Origin: Octopus vulgaris
Lineage: Eukaryota
Length of the DNA: 64,000 nt
Reading direction: 5' to 3'
NCBI GenBank assembly: GCA_951406725.2
Contig: OX597830.1
Coordinates: 46,004,001 to 46,068,000 of the forward strand
Shown here piece by piece: positions 1-14,362 of this stretch. Below the pieces are notes generated by a model that ran no database searches, had not been told where the DNA came from, and saw nothing but the letters and a program-made list of their open reading frames with translations. Within the stretch, counting starts at the first letter, position 1, and every line of letters starts with the position of its first letter. Position numbers and translations under genes: made by a program.

Positions 1-497
1 CGCTGCCGGAATAAATAAGCTACCTATAAAATGGCAAAATTGTGTTGATAATTTAGGTGTATACTTTGATTAACTGCATTGCTTCTTGTTGAGATAAACT
101 TTCAGTTAAAAATCGGACATTTCATTCTTAACGACCTGATAATTAAAAATAGTTATTCGGCGAGGAAAAGTCGACATTACCTACATATTTATTTAAAGAT
201 TAAATGAATATTATTCCAGTCATTTCGAAAAGTACGATGGTCAACTTGGGACATGTTTCGATCCTATATTAGTCATCGTCAACAAATCGTATATATTTTA
301 TTACGGAAATAAACAGACTGTTTTAAAACTTAACATTTGTACACAACCTATGGTGCTTTAATTAAGTCATGTTGTATACTATAAGCACAGAATATGTTAT
401 TTGACTTGTTACACTTTTTATCTTCATAAAAAAATGAACAAAAATTTAAAATTAATTTTCAATGTACAAAATTATAGAAATATGACATAATAATTAC

Positions 498-558
498 CTG
501 CACATTGCAGAGTTGGGCGCGGATTGACTGGCCTTTGCACCATTCTGTATTGACTGGT
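498..558 (-). CDS. ADAMTS-like exon 16 (TSP1 C-terminal half)
   Basis: (R)PVNTEWCKGQSIRAQLCNVQ; tag| and CAG|gtaatt; phase 2 to 0. Confidence 0.9.
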
Positions 559-2761
559 CTACATTAAAAATGTTAGAAAATGCAGACAACTCAAGATCTG
601 TAAAATTCACATCAGTCTGTCCTATAAATTAAATCTCATATAAATATTTACGTAGGGAACTTTTAAATACATATTGTAGTTATTTATTGAAATAATTTGT
701 TCAATTAGTAACATTTTTAATTACGTTGTATAAATTCAGATTCTCCTTGATCTTTCGTATAATGTGTATAACTTAGGGGCGTATTCGCTACAAATCGTGA
801 ATACACCCTTAAACATCTTATTTTTTTAACTTTATCCAAGTTATAACTTCATTTTATTTTCCCTCTTACTACCAAAAAACCTATTTTTATTACATATTTG
901 CATCCATTTTTACAAAGATGTGTGTGTGTGTGTGTGTAATATAATGTTATATTTGTCTGAAGTATTCGAGCTGTAGCATCAGTGGTAGGGTCTTTCCTAA
1001 TCAAAGTTACTCACCTATCCTCCTCTGTCTCTGTTTCCTACACAACTAATTCCCCGATTAACCTACACCACACCTAATTCTCATTTAAATCTAAATAACA
1101 ATTTACCAAAGATTATTTAAAACTAAAAAGAACTCAAGCAGGTCAGTCTGATGAAGGCAAATAACCCAAAACTTCAAAGTCACTATCAATTTTTTCCATG
1201 TAAGAGTTAATGCGCGCACGCACACATGCACACATCTATCTCTCAAACTAATATTGTATCTTGTGTTGATTACAGAAATGTATAACTGCAGGACGAACCT
1301 CTGTATAATGATGTTCCAAGCAACATAAGGACTATAACACTGAATACATTTCACTCTGCATGTGTCTCAAATACTCTTTACCATCCTGTCGTGCAACGGT
1401 GCATTGCTGTAGAGTTATTGGTAGGTCTTGGTAACTTTGCAAAGTCACAGTCAGTCCTACATTCTATATTTGGCGATAAGCAGAACTCAGTAGAGTAAGA
1501 ACCTCAGCGCCATTTATGGAGTTATAAAATATTAACTATTCCATGAAGAACAATTCACCAGGCCATTGAATAAATATCACATTAAAAGTTATGAGAAAAA
1601 GCAAAGGCTGTAGTTAAGCGCAAGTTTCTTTTTTAAAACAATCCTTTGAGTATTGAAGCTGCTTCAGAACACTGGAAAGACATGAAGAAAAGATTCAGTA
1701 CAATTCGAGACCGAACTAGTAGACTTGGTAGAATATATGTACTACTTTATGTACGCTGACGTCTTTCAAAAAGAAACTTAGATCTGACATTAAGAAATTC
1801 AAGAAATATTAAATATTTTCATTTCTTCCGATAAAACTAAACTCTTATACAATGTAGAAAGTGGCACGTACACACAATTTCTTAATAAGAACACCAATAA
1901 CAATTACAGGAAAGGTAGCTAAAATTCAAACGGTGTAAACATTAAGAGAACATAAGATTGTTATGAGGACAATTCGTTGCCATGTTTAATTAACTCCACA
2001 TTTTTTTTAACCTCTAATCTAAAATAAAGCCAATGAAAACAGATATGAGAAATAACCATCAAGAAATTCTCCAAATATGATTAAAACAGTAACCAAACTC
2101 AAACAATGGAAGAACTAATTTTTCCCCCCTTCTCGTATCTCTCAGTTTCTACTGTTTAGCGCCGGAGACTTCAGCAGAAGATACAATAGCATCAAATGTA
2201 TAAACAGAGAAATTATTTATTCCTGCAATAACGATGAAATTAAGCTTCTGTCAGGATGAATAAAAAGCAAACCTTACAGTCTCATTTGATGTCGGTGTGA
2301 GATCGTTTAATAACGTAGATATATATCACATTATTGACTTAAATGTATAAACATTTACATACGAATTTCCTTACGTAAAATAAATTATCAAATACAAATA
2401 ACGGACTGTTGTATCTGTATAGAAAAAAGTTCAGTCTTTTAGAAAAGAGTTCATATTCAATATAAATGAGTATTGCCTTAAAAGTTCATTCTCACTTCTA
2501 ACTTATGAAGACTTCGTTTTAATCAATACATTTAAAGGCTATTTGGCCACCTTTTTGCATCATTTAATTTGCATTAAAAAAATCATACGATGATCTTTTT
2601 ACTAAATATATATTTCTGTTTTCCTTTTATATTTTTGTTTTCTTTACGACAGCGGAGTATCTTTACGACAATAGGTCTCCCACAACAGGACTTCAGAAGA
2701 AATGAGATAAATGAAAGTGAGATTCGGTCGAAAACTCTTTGGAACCTCTTTGTAGACATAC

Positions 2762-2925
2762 CTTGGATTATCACACCTCCGTGTTGATATTCTGACTCCA
2801 GCCCCACACGATCGACTACAGTCAGCGTAAGGACTCCACTCACTCCACCCTCCACTCACAACTAATATAGGAACCCAGAGATTAGTTTCAGTAAGATTTT
2901 CACATCTCATGTCAAAACGGCAGAC
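2762..2925 (-). CDS. ADAMTS-like exon 15 (TSP1 repeat)
   Basis: VCRFDMRCENL...GGWSEWSPYADCSRSCGAGVRISTRRCDNP; canonical splice sites. Confidence 0.95.
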
Positions 2926-3556
2926 CTACAAAATAACCAATAAAGAAATTAGTCAAAAACGATATTTTAGAAGGAAACTTTGCAGCTGATAAATTTTGAT
3001 AAAGTATGAGAAGTTCTTATACTAAAATTACCAAAATAATAGAATGATAAACATTGAGTTTTTCATAATGATACAAAACCACAAACTTGAGGAAGGGATT
3101 TAATCGACTGATACTTATTTTATCGATGAAGAAAGCTTGAAATGCAAATAAGACCTTGGTGACATTCGAACTCAGAACGTAAGGGATGCAACTAAATACC
3201 ACTACAGTCTCTGACATCTGATTGATTCCATCAATCTATGGCACTGGACTGCAGCCATGCTGGAGCACTGCTTTGGGGTAACTATTTTTTAAATCATAAA
3301 GCCTTAAAAGTTGGGGTCGATTACAACATCCCAATACTTGACATGTCCTCATTGTCACTAGAAAGGATTTTGGCGCGAATGGTACTCAAAAAGCTATTTT
3401 TTTCTACTCTAGGCACAAAACCCGAAATTTTTGGGGAAGGGCCAGTCGATTAGATCGACCCCAGTACGCAAATGGTACTTTATTTATCAAAGGCGGTGAG
3501 CTGGCAGAAATGTTAGCACGCTGGGCGAAATGCGTAGCAGTATTTCGCCTGCCGTT

Positions 3557-3619
3557 GATGATGATGATGATGATGATGATGATGACGATGATGACGATGA
3601 AGACGATGACGACGATGAA

Positions 3620-3651
<32 letters not shown>

Positions 3652-3706
3652 TGATGATGATGACGATGATGATGATGATGATGATGACGATGACGATGAC
3701 GATGAC

Positions 3707-3752
<46 letters not shown>
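3557..3752. repeat. (GAT/GAC)n trinucleotide microsatellite
   Basis: Direct reading; similar tracts at 8207-8312, 24143-24272 and 43962-44032. Confidence 0.98.
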
Positions 3753-3754
<2 letters not shown>

Positions 3755-4118
3755 AAACAATTTGATAATTGGTTCAAGCAATGCAAGAAGGAAGTTCAAA
3801 TAGTCTGACCAAAATCATCTTCAGAAAATTGCGTTGGAGAAAATTAATACAGAAATGCTCAAAAACGTGAGACCGATACAAACCGTCGTTGATAAGTGTC
3901 TGACTGGCAAACACAGATGCGCAGCTCATTCACCTGGTTCTCTTACAGGAAATGCATTGGAGTTAAAGGACAAAGCAAATATTTCGCTAAGTACGCAAAT
4001 ACAAGAAATGAACTTTTAGAGCCTACAGGTCTGACTAAATTTTATTTCTAAGATATTGTTGTGATAGATGTCACTGAATATTAGTTAATATCAAAGTAAT
4101 AGGCAAAAGTCAGCTTAC

Positions 4119-4223
4119 TTTTCCTTGACCACAGTAAAGCCCATCCAAGCCGTGGTTGTTAACCTTCAGGACGCCATAATCAGGGCCAGGCAGTAAAATA
4201 GCACAAGACTGAATCCCACAAAC
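4119..4223 (-). CDS. ADAMTS-like exon 14
   Basis: VCGIQSCAILLPGPDYGVLKVNNHGLDGLYCGQGK resembles DG..CG.GK. Confidence 0.88.
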
Positions 4224-4333
4224 CTGTAAAGTAATTTTAGAAGAGGGATCCATACAATAACTAAAATATAAAATTTAAAAGTGATAAGAGGCAAAGTTTA
4301 TATGACATCAATGTTTAACGTGGTGTTGCTTAC

Positions 4334-4413
4334 ATGTTCAGGATAGAGAGGGATGTATTGGAAACGTTCGCCAAACCTTTGCTGACACAACACATCAGAA
4401 CTTTCATACATTG
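4334..4413 (-). CDS. ADAMTS-like exon 13 (disintegrin-like region)
   Basis: AMYESSDVLCQQRFGERFQYIPLYPEH resembles the LP..Y....QC...FG motif. Confidence 0.88.
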
Positions 4414-4449
4414 CTGTGAATGAAAAAAGAAGAAAAAAAACCAACGATA

Positions 4450-4844
4450 TCTTTATATATAAAAGTGAGGTTGTGTGCTGTCTGTCTCCTACAATTTAGA
4501 TTCCTAACTACTCCCACATTTTGCGGTGCAGTTTAACCAAAACCGGGTATCTTATAGTCGTGATTCATATCGAGCCCTTCTGGGTATTAGCGCGCGTCTA
4601 CGATGAGTCTACGATTTTAAAAATAATTTACCATCAATTTTTCCCATTTTTAATGCATTTTTGGCATATATAAGGGAAGTAACTCTCTAAAAATTTATTA
4701 TTAAATCTCAGAACGTAAAAAGCTACAGTAACACCCCCCCTTGTGGTTAGCCATATTGAGATGGCTATTATACTTTACATCTCTAAAAATGCTTATATAA
4801 TTATTTCCCTTACAAACCCGAGCAACACCGGGCGATACTGCTAG
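4450..4844 (+). mobile_element. Non-autonomous Helitron
   Basis: A|TC 5' end, GC-rich subterminal hairpin (acccgagcaacaccgggc), CTAG|T 3' end, no TSD. Confidence 0.75.
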
Positions 4845-5052
4845 TATGAAAAAAAAAAACAGTCCGAAGTGTGATAAAACGTATTGGTTTAGGTGAAATT
4901 GCTGTATTTTGTTCGAAATCCATTGGACTTTGATGTAGAGCAAAATGACTCGACCAACCCGAATAGAAAACTACAGTTTGCCGTTGAATTATATTGTAGT
5001 ATAGAAAAGCCAACGCGTAATCTGGCTGAATTTAGTGATTTATAAATTTTAC

Positions 5053-5159
5053 CTGGAAGCAGGCCATAGCCGTTCGTATTGAGAAGATCTTTGGTTGAGT
5101 TAATGCTTTTGTTTTCCGGAATGAAAACGTTCACTGTCTTTAAGCATTTGCCTTTGCCG
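5053..5159 (-). CDS. ADAMTS-like exon 12
   Basis: SGKGKCLKTVNVFIPENKSINSTKDLLNTNGYGLLP; phase 2 to 1. Confidence 0.88.
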
Positions 5160-5218
5160 CTGAAATGAAGACACACCAAAATTGCAATCTCTTTTATTTA
5201 TTTACATTAGAAAATAAT

Positions 5219-5269
<51 letters not shown>

Positions 5270-5944
5270 GTTTTAACAGATTTTATTATGGAAACTAACA
5301 ATGCGTAGACTGGTTTGTGTAATATTTTGTTGAGTTGAGACTAGTTTTGACTAACTTGTCATGAGGACATTTTAAAAGAGTTCAAAGTTTACTTAATACA
5401 AACTATATTAGCATATTAATGTAAATTGTAGAGTATAATTCTTAAAATTATCTCTTACGTGGCTTAATAATTGCAAAAGTTAATTTAATAATTTGATAAA
5501 AACTATTTAACAATTATCCGAGTCAATTCTATGATTTATTAGTCACTCTGGTCACTCTCGTTACTAATGACACCAACCGCGATTCTGATGCAGGGACTGC
5601 TACAAATTATCCCGAGCAGCTGAAAAAACAGAAGGCTTTTGAAAAGGGTTACACACCAGAGCAAATGTACACTGTTAATAAAACTTCAATTTTCCAGAGG
5701 CTCGTGTTGCTCGAACTTTTATTTCTTCGAGAATTCAAGCTTTTAAAACTCATTCTTTTTTTAATCCTTACATTTCATCTCTTTCTAATCTTCACTGTTA
5801 TGTTTTTACCCTTGTTTTCTCTGTGGTTTGTAATTTCAATTTTTCTTTACGATTTCCCTTTGTTTTTCTCTTCCATATATTTCTACTCTTCCCCTGCCCT
5901 CCTTAATGACCCCTATCCACGTCTTTATTTCCTTAAATGAGCGC

Positions 5945-6510
5945 TTCTTATATCTTATGTTCCTTTCTTTTCTATCTTCTAAAGGCCATTGTCTTAAATG
6001 CTAGACATATCGTCTCCCTATCCCATACTGACTTAACTTAATATCCTGGGATTTTTTTCCTATCCCGAACATTATCTTGATAAACATTTTAGGTGTCTCA
6101 TCATGAATGTATGCATTTTTTTTATCTCTTTGCATCCATGTTCCCGATCCGTACAGTAGGACGAACAATAATATTGTTTGGTATACTTTGTACTTCACTT
6201 GGACCATCATATACCTGTTGTTCTACAATCATACCCTCAGCCTTCCAAATCCTGAGATGCTGTTGGTCATCTTGCCATTTAGTTCATAACTCAGCCTACT
6301 GTCGTTAGTGACTGAACTGTTTGTACGAGTAAGCTGTCTCACTTCTACCAGCTTCCACCCGTTGGCAAGAATAGGCCTAGGTCGTACCACCTGGCTCGCG
6401 TCAGAACTGAGTTCATAAAGAACTTCAGTTTTCTGGATGTTAGCATTCGTGCTGAATATTGTGGCGGTGCCACCAAAAGCATCATCCACGTTCTGAATGT
6501 CATCTAAAAC
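5945..6510 (-). mobile_element. Degenerate RTE-clade LINE fragment (RT C-terminal half)
   Basis: NIQKTEVLY..., FGRL, KVYQTI...LLYGSGTW motifs with frameshifts. Confidence 0.7.
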
Positions 6511-6525
6511 AGATCATGAACAGTA

Positions 6526-6681
6526 TAGGCGCAGGAGTGGCTATGTGATAAATAACTTGTTTACCAACCACATGGTTCCGGGTTCAGTTCTACTGCGTGG
6601 CACCTTGGGCAAGTGTCTCCTACTATAGCCTCGAGCCGACCAAAGCCTTGTGGGTGGAATTTGGTAGACGGAAACTGAAAG
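6526..6681 (+). mobile_element. 5' fragment of tRNA-derived SINE (family of 58755-59171)
   Basis: Near-identical to 58757-58910. Confidence 0.8.
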
Positions 6682-7193
6682 TACTCAGAATTACAACGTC
6701 AAGAGTATAATCACCCTGAAAAAAGTCAATTTTACTAGAATGGAAGAGATATTGGCGCGGTAAAACCTCCGCAGGTTTGGAAATATCCAAAGAATGGAAA
6801 AAAAACTTCAGTTACCTAGACAGTCTACTCACTGTTGGTTAGGGGTACAGAGACCTCCCCACCCAGGCCGAGACACAAAATCTGGTCAAGCATGAGAAGA
6901 TTAAACATCCACAGCCTCAACTGGACAGCAGCAACTAAAGACAGGAACCCAAAGAGAAGAACAATCCACTTTTGGTGGAATGAGTCACGAATTTGCATAT
7001 GGACAGCAACCATCGTTGAGCATCGATGGATTGTGAAGAGATTTGGTTATTAATATTTACTGGAACAAGATGAAAAGTGTGTTTAATCTGTGATGAGAAA
7101 TAATGGTGAACTGTTGGGAAATAAAAAAAAAAAGTCCTAGACATACAAAGTTGAAAATGTCTCCTGGCAACAAATTAATATCAAAATGGTTAC

Positions 7194-7322
7194 CTTTTCA
7201 ACCAGCGTCGTAAATGCCACGAGGAACATTGACTCCAGCCAGTCTTACGTGATCCCATCAGTCCAGAACTTTCTTGAGTCATGTTACCACAATGTGTCAT
7301 TGCATCATGCGGGATCCCAAGA
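7194..7322 (-). CDS. ADAMTS-like exon 11 (zinc motif, second part, and Met-turn)
   Basis: (N)LGIPHDAMTHCGNMTQESSGLMGSRKTGWSQCSSWHLRRWLK completes HExxHxxGxxHD, Met-turn and WSxCS. Confidence 0.92.
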
Positions 7323-8206
7323 CTGGACACCAAAAGAAAGACAATAATCCCTTTAATCGTAAGAAAGGAAAAATTTTGTAGGGAGTTTCTTTGTTTCCAG
7401 GGCCCCGTGAAAGTAAAAGTATTTTTTCAAGTAGCCAAAAGCAGTTTTTCAAGTAAAAAAAGTGAAAGTGTTTTCTACGAAAACAAAACAATAAAGCATC
7501 CAGTGAGGCATCGTCATTATTGAAGTTGGATTCATCAGATATTTTGATTCCACAATGATGTGAGCAAAGCAAGGCTCAAGAATATTATACGTAAATAGAA
7601 GAAGGATTAACAGGAACTGTATATGAGGCACGTTTTGGATCATCGTCGCATTCACTGCTTTGCTCCCAAAAAGCAATTTCTGACCTGGAAAACACATTCT
7701 TCTAACAACAAATATGTTTTTCATTCCTAAAGAGTCTGTAAACAAAGACTGGAATAAAATCGAAAGCTGAGGATAGTAGCGATGATCTGCATCAGCAATA
7801 GTCGTTTTTAATTAATAACTTAATTAATCAATGGATAAGTTCACATGAGATTTCAATGAGTTTAGTTTTTACGAAGAGAGAATTTAAAATTTCAGATCTT
7901 GTTTTTTCTTCTGTGAGTGAGATGTATAAAATAAATAAAAACCGAAAGGGAAAACATCGTGATCAGGATAACCATCTTAAATCTACGATCCTCATTACAA
8001 CCATAAACAACTAGAAAGCCTGCTTCGCGACCTGCTAAAAATAATATCCAAAAAATCTCTCTCAAATGACATTCTAGAACCTTACAAAAAGAAAAAAAGG
8101 AGAGGCATTAGATAATGTGGTTGAATCTATATAATGATTAAATTACGCCATGACCGAGTCGATAATGGCTCTGATCATAAAGATTGACTCGGGGGTTAGA
8201 TATCCC

Positions 8207-8313
<107 letters not shown>

Positions 8314-9837
8314 ATATCACCAACAGCAACGAACTTTCTTAAGCACATAATTAGAATGTAAAATAAGTGAATAAATAAATAGCGCAATCGTATGAATGAA
8401 AGTATTAAGTTTCAACTAAAATGGCGCCTGCGTTTATAATTCTGTCAACAGACAGTGTTTGCCAATCTCAAGGCTTTTACTCCCACATTAGTTAGGACAT
8501 GACTAAGTATTCGTTATCAATAATATACAATTTCGGCCAACAAACTCGGAAAGCATAATTGCGACAAAAATTACAGATTCAAGCAATTCCTAGTCAAAGT
8601 TATGTGAAAATAAGGATTCGAATAACAGATGGCAAAAGATTTAGCAACCGAAATGTCACGTACGCTCAACAGAACCGGAAACGGCTAATTGTGTCTGTCG
8701 TAGCAGTTAAAGAAAAATCTGTTTGCTCGATGACAGGATGACAATTAATTTAGTAAATATCACTGCGTGCAATAAAATGGGATTTTTATCGGATGAGTAA
8801 TGATTGTCAGGACATTACTGAAGATATAACTAACTAGAAATAAATTTCATAGAACTTTATCATTTTGTCAGTAAAATTTTAAAATCGTAGTAAAAATTAT
8901 TCAATTGTAAAAGTAATAATTTCGAGAATTTAGGTTCAGTCTTTTCAAACTGAAGCTACACTGCTGTAGATATCTGTCCATGGAAGTTCTTTTGTAACGG
9001 TTTGTTTTTAAATACCATCAATACTATTTAAAGAATATAGAACTTTTGGAAAACTTTTCGTGACCGCAAATTCTGTATTTTGTCCCACAGTCGTTATAAT
9101 CTTTCTTAGAGTCATTATTGTGGGATTATTTAAAGGGGTTTCTATCCCAACAAACCATCAACATTATCATTCTGTTTGTCACGATATGTATTCGAGTGTT
9201 ATGCGTCTTAACATTTGTAACATTCGAAATCTTTAAACATAATGAAATAAATTCAAGTGTTATGCTTTCAACAACCTAAACTTTACAACAAAATGGAAGA
9301 CAATGTCGAAGTCTTCAACATAATAAAATAATGTTGTAAAAATCTGTAAATTTGTACAGCAAAAGAAAAAAGAAGCAAGTTTATTAGGGGATAGAATAAA
9401 ATATCAAATATCAACAGAGACTGAGCTTTATCTTTTACTTGGAACACCAAATAATATATGTTTAAGACTCGAGTCTTAAATAATAAAGTTTACAATCAAA
9501 AATCGAAGCAGTCCTTCGGGGATGGTATCACAAACGTGTAAATGAAAGTCGTTCTGTTTTATCTGTTCGTTCGACAATTTCTGTAAAAAAAATGTTATTT
9601 CTTCAAATTTATTAGCTCACACACAGACCTATACACACATACACACATACATAAATGTACAAATGTACAGAAACACATACATACTTATACTTACATACAC
9701 AAATATACATACATACAAACATACATACATACATACATACGTACATACATACATACACATACACACACATACATACGTACGTACGTAAATACATACATAC
9801 ATACATACATACATACATACATACATACATACATACA

Positions 9838-9873
<36 letters not shown>

Positions 9874-10140
9874 TATGCATGTATGTTACATATATATATA
9901 TTTATATATATTATAAAGTAAAAGCAGGAAAAATTACATTAAAAAATCACAGAAGATATAAATAATATTCTATTATTGGATGGATATATAAAGTATGATT
10001 ATTTAAGCATTTTTTCAAAAATTTTAGCCCAAGTTTATATCAATACACATCTGCACAATAACTTTTTAAGCAACACTTTTTTCATGCGATTTTAATTAGC
10101 ATCTCTTTCATTCGATTGACTACACGGAAATTCATCCTTT

Positions 10141-10228
10141 TCTCTGACGAGGGGATGTATTACCTAATAATGATTGTCGGTTTTGGATTTCATTTCGAAA
10201 GATAATACATTCATGAAACGATCGTAAG
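10141..10228 (+). ncRNA. Minimal type-I hammerhead ribozyme
   Basis: tct-CTGACGA-(ggatgtatta...taatacattc extended stem II)-GAAA-cgatcg-TA-aga. Confidence 0.7.
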
Positions 10229-10699
10229 ATATCTCAAACCTTTTAAATAATCATACTTTCTATATTTACCTATTAGCACAATATTATTCGTATTATGAAC
10301 GTATTTCTTATGTGATTTTTTAATGTAATTTTTCCTGCTTTTACTTTCTAATCTATAATCACCCTAATTGAATCTCTAAATACCTTTAAGGTTTTAGACA
10401 TTTCTCATACCAAGAGTACTTATCTGAAATCCCGTACACTTTATTCTCAGTGAATATATTTGATTCACTATACACACACACATATACATATATATGTATA
10501 TAAGTATATATGTACATATATATATGTATATATATGTATATAAGTATATATGTACATATATATATGTATATATATGTATATATATGTATATATATATATA
10601 TCTTTCTCTCTTTCTCTCCCCTCCTTCCCTCTTCCCTCTTCCTCTCTTCCTCTCTTCTCTCCTCTCTTACTCTTTTTCTCTCTTCTCTCCTCCTCTCTC

Positions 10700-11446
<747 letters not shown>

Positions 11447-11643
11447 CGTGTTACCGTGTGTTTCACTGTTCAGCTGAAAAAGTTTTTTAAAAAATACGGA
11501 AATTGCCGAATATATAGATAAAACAAAACGATTTTCATTTTCGTGATACTATCTTCCTAAAGAATACCAATATCGAATGACTTGTATATTTATTATATAT
11601 TCTTTATCTCAGCCGTTCAAACACAAAAGGGATGAAAACTTAC

Positions 11644-11769
11644 TTATGTGCGAGCTCATGACTTAATGTATTCCGAGATAGCCACTCCCAAGATCTTGAC
11701 AGCGAGCATTTTGCTGATGTACAAGCTGAAGCTGACATTGAGAGGCCAAGTGCAAAACTACCCTGGACT
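11644..11769 (-). CDS. ADAMTS-like exon 10 (zinc motif, first part)
   Basis: VQGSFALGLSMSASACTSAKCSLSRSWEWLSRNTLSHELAH(N); |gtaag. Confidence 0.92.
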
Positions 11770-11885
11770 CTATGAAATGAAAAGGGAAACAATAATTCAT
11801 TAAATACAATCAACTGTTATTGCTGATTGTTAGTAAAAACATTTGTCAACAAATACTAAAGAAAAACTCTATATCATATCTCCCC

Positions 11886-11919
<34 letters not shown>

Positions 11920-12403
11920 TCTGCTCTTTATCTCTCCCCCTCACACATATGCACACGCACGCGCGCATACACACACAAAATACCTGATATAATAATAGTC
12001 TATATTTGTTTATGGAAAAAGACACGGCAAAATGAATAAACCATTCGAAATAGTCTTGCTGGTGTCAAATGAATTTGTAAAAGAAATTCTTTAAGTGCTC
12101 GACTTAGCTCTTTTTACATAATTCTATTCACGAAGCTAGTATTTCACATGATAAATACGTCCTTGCACCATTAACAGCCGAGGCTGACCTTATCGGATTT
12201 TTTTAAAACGTAACTCGATACGGCAGACATGTTGTCAGGCGTTCTAACATTTTTGCCGATCTACAGTCAAAAAGTAAGTTTTTGATGGAAGATTTTGTCC
12301 ATATTAAGAACAGTTGTTTTTTGAAAAGAATATTGAGACAATGAGTATTTTATATTAAGCAATTAAAAATAATTAACGTGATCAAAGCAAAAATTATATT
12401 TAC

Positions 12404-12501
12404 CCGCTCACAATATGTATATGGTCAACAGACAGGCTTCTCTGGTTTGCCCACGTGCAAGCCTTAGACAGTCTTTGTCTTAATGTAGACACACTTCCAA
12501 T
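12404..12501 (-). CDS. ADAMTS-like exon 9
   Basis: IGSVSTLRQRLSKACTWANQRSLSVDHIHIVSG; phase 0 to 2. Confidence 0.85.
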
Positions 12502-12934
12502 CTGTTAAAAACAAGTGGACATATTGTAAGAAAACTAACCCACGCTGAAAAAAAATTCTTCAACTAGAACAATTTTCAGACATATTTGTAGTAAATTAGC
12601 AAAGAATATTTCGAGGCGATATTTTGACTCGCTGATTTTTAAAAAGAAAACGAAAATCAATAACCAATTAACTTGAAACAAAATATTTGTAAATGTCTCT
12701 CTTTTTTTATCGGATAGTTAGATTAAAACCAAATAGAAGTTCTCATTACAATGGTCGCGAAATTGATTAAATTAATTAAGCCATTGAATAAAATACAAAT
12801 TATTTCTCTCTAGAGTCGGTTCTTCATAGCTATAATTACTTTCAGACGTTACTTCAAAATGTACAGAAAGCTTTGTAGTTGCACATTTCAAAGCCAGAAT
12901 AAGACGTAAGAGCTGATATGGAAAGTTTTATTAC

Positions 12935-13021
12935 CTGATTTGTCTTCCAAAAGAATATGTTAACTAATAAGAACTTCACAGAATAATTTAATTCGTTTTC
13001 TTTCAGAAATTCATATTGAAC
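12935..13021 (-). CDS. ADAMTS-like exon 8
   Basis: VQYEFLKENELNYSVKFLLVNIFFWKTNQ; cag| and |gtaat; phase 0-0. Confidence 0.85.
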
Positions 13022-13211
13022 CTGGAATATTAAACATTGAAGTTGATTTGAAAACAGAAAGAACAACGGATGTCTAGCAGTTACAATCACTTATTTTTAC
13101 CGAAACAATTGGAGATGGAATAACATAATTTCAGCAGAAATCTAATTTTTCCTTCATGTACAGAGTGGAAAATATAAAAAAAAAAACTATCAATTTATAA
13201 ATAAAGAATTA

Positions 13212-14300
13212 CCAACACCACCTTCCTCACCGGCACCCATCATCGACCCTATCACATCACTGACTCCTTCACCTGCACTTCTATCAATGTCATCTACTGC
13301 ATCTCCTGCTCTCTCTTTGCCCTTCTCTATACATCGGGCAAACGGGACTCCGCTTGGCTGAACGGTTCGCGGAACAACTCCGAAACATCCGACTCGGCAA
13401 TAGCATCCCGGTCTCGCGCCATTTCCGCTCTACCTATCACTCTTTGCAACACCTGTCTGTGTTCGGATTGTCCTTGCATAAGGGCCATGCGTACTCCCGT
13501 TTCGCTGTGAACAGGGATTAATCTTCTCTCTTCGCTCCTTTGCGCCACATGGGCTTAACTCTCCTCCCTCCCCCTCCATCTACTTCCTCCTACCCACCTC
13601 TCTTGCTCCGACTCCTCTTCACTCCTACTCTCCTTCTCTCTTCTCTTCACTCCTACCCACCTTCTCCCTTCCCCTTCATCTTCACCCCTCCCTCGTAACT
13701 CCACCCCACCCCTACCTATCTATCCCATCTCACCCCACTCACCCATCCCTTACAGCCACTCCCACATACCCCACCTCTATCCCCACCCTCAGCCTAACCC
13801 ACACCCACCCTTGCTTTCCCCACTCTCGCCTCTCCCACCTCCCAACACCATCACACTACACCACTACACCATACACCACCATACCACACCACATCACATC
13901 ACACCACCACGCACACACTTGCACTGACCACTTCCCAGCCCCAAATCCACATACCTACACATACACACACGCACACGTCAAGGTCACCAGCCTCCTTCCA
14001 CACGCACATGCATACTCTCTTATACACACGCACGCGCACCTTCCTTTTGGGATCACCGCTACTTTATTATCTCCCCTTCTTCCTAGCTCTCCTGTGTGAC
14101 CCCTCTGTCCGGCATTCGCCATGATAGATCGCTAACCACTACACATTCTTTATTTTCTCTCCTTGTTTTTTTCTGTCTTCCTTTCTTTGGAAGAGTGTAG
14201 GCTCGAAACGTTAAAGACTTCTTCCCTCCCCGAGCGTTAAACTAATTGTTGTCTACACCATCTGTCTTCGTCTTTTGTTTGTTTTTTTTTGGTGAATTCT

Positions 14301-14303
<3 letters not shown>
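13212..14303 (+). mobile_element. Penelope-like retroelement 3' relic (GIY-YIG endonuclease, 3' region with HHR-like motif)
   Basis: Frameshifted SFTCTSINVIYCISCSL-CPSLYIGQTGLRLAERFAE...PVSRHF...EQGLIFSLRSFAPHGLN, then a C-rich tract and an HHR-like motif, ending in (TA)n. Confidence 0.88.

Positions 14304-14362
<59 letters not shown>

Noticed and set aside
2646-2689. Candidate small ADAMTS exon next to the TSP1 exon
   Set aside because: In the required phase it hits a stop; exon 498-558 supplies the expected TSP1 continuation.
3404-3808. Poly-D, poly-M, poly-S and poly-I ORFs (also 8138-8387, 24047-24376, 43892-44245)
   Set aside because: Translations of (GAT)n microsatellites that are open in several frames and have no splice support.
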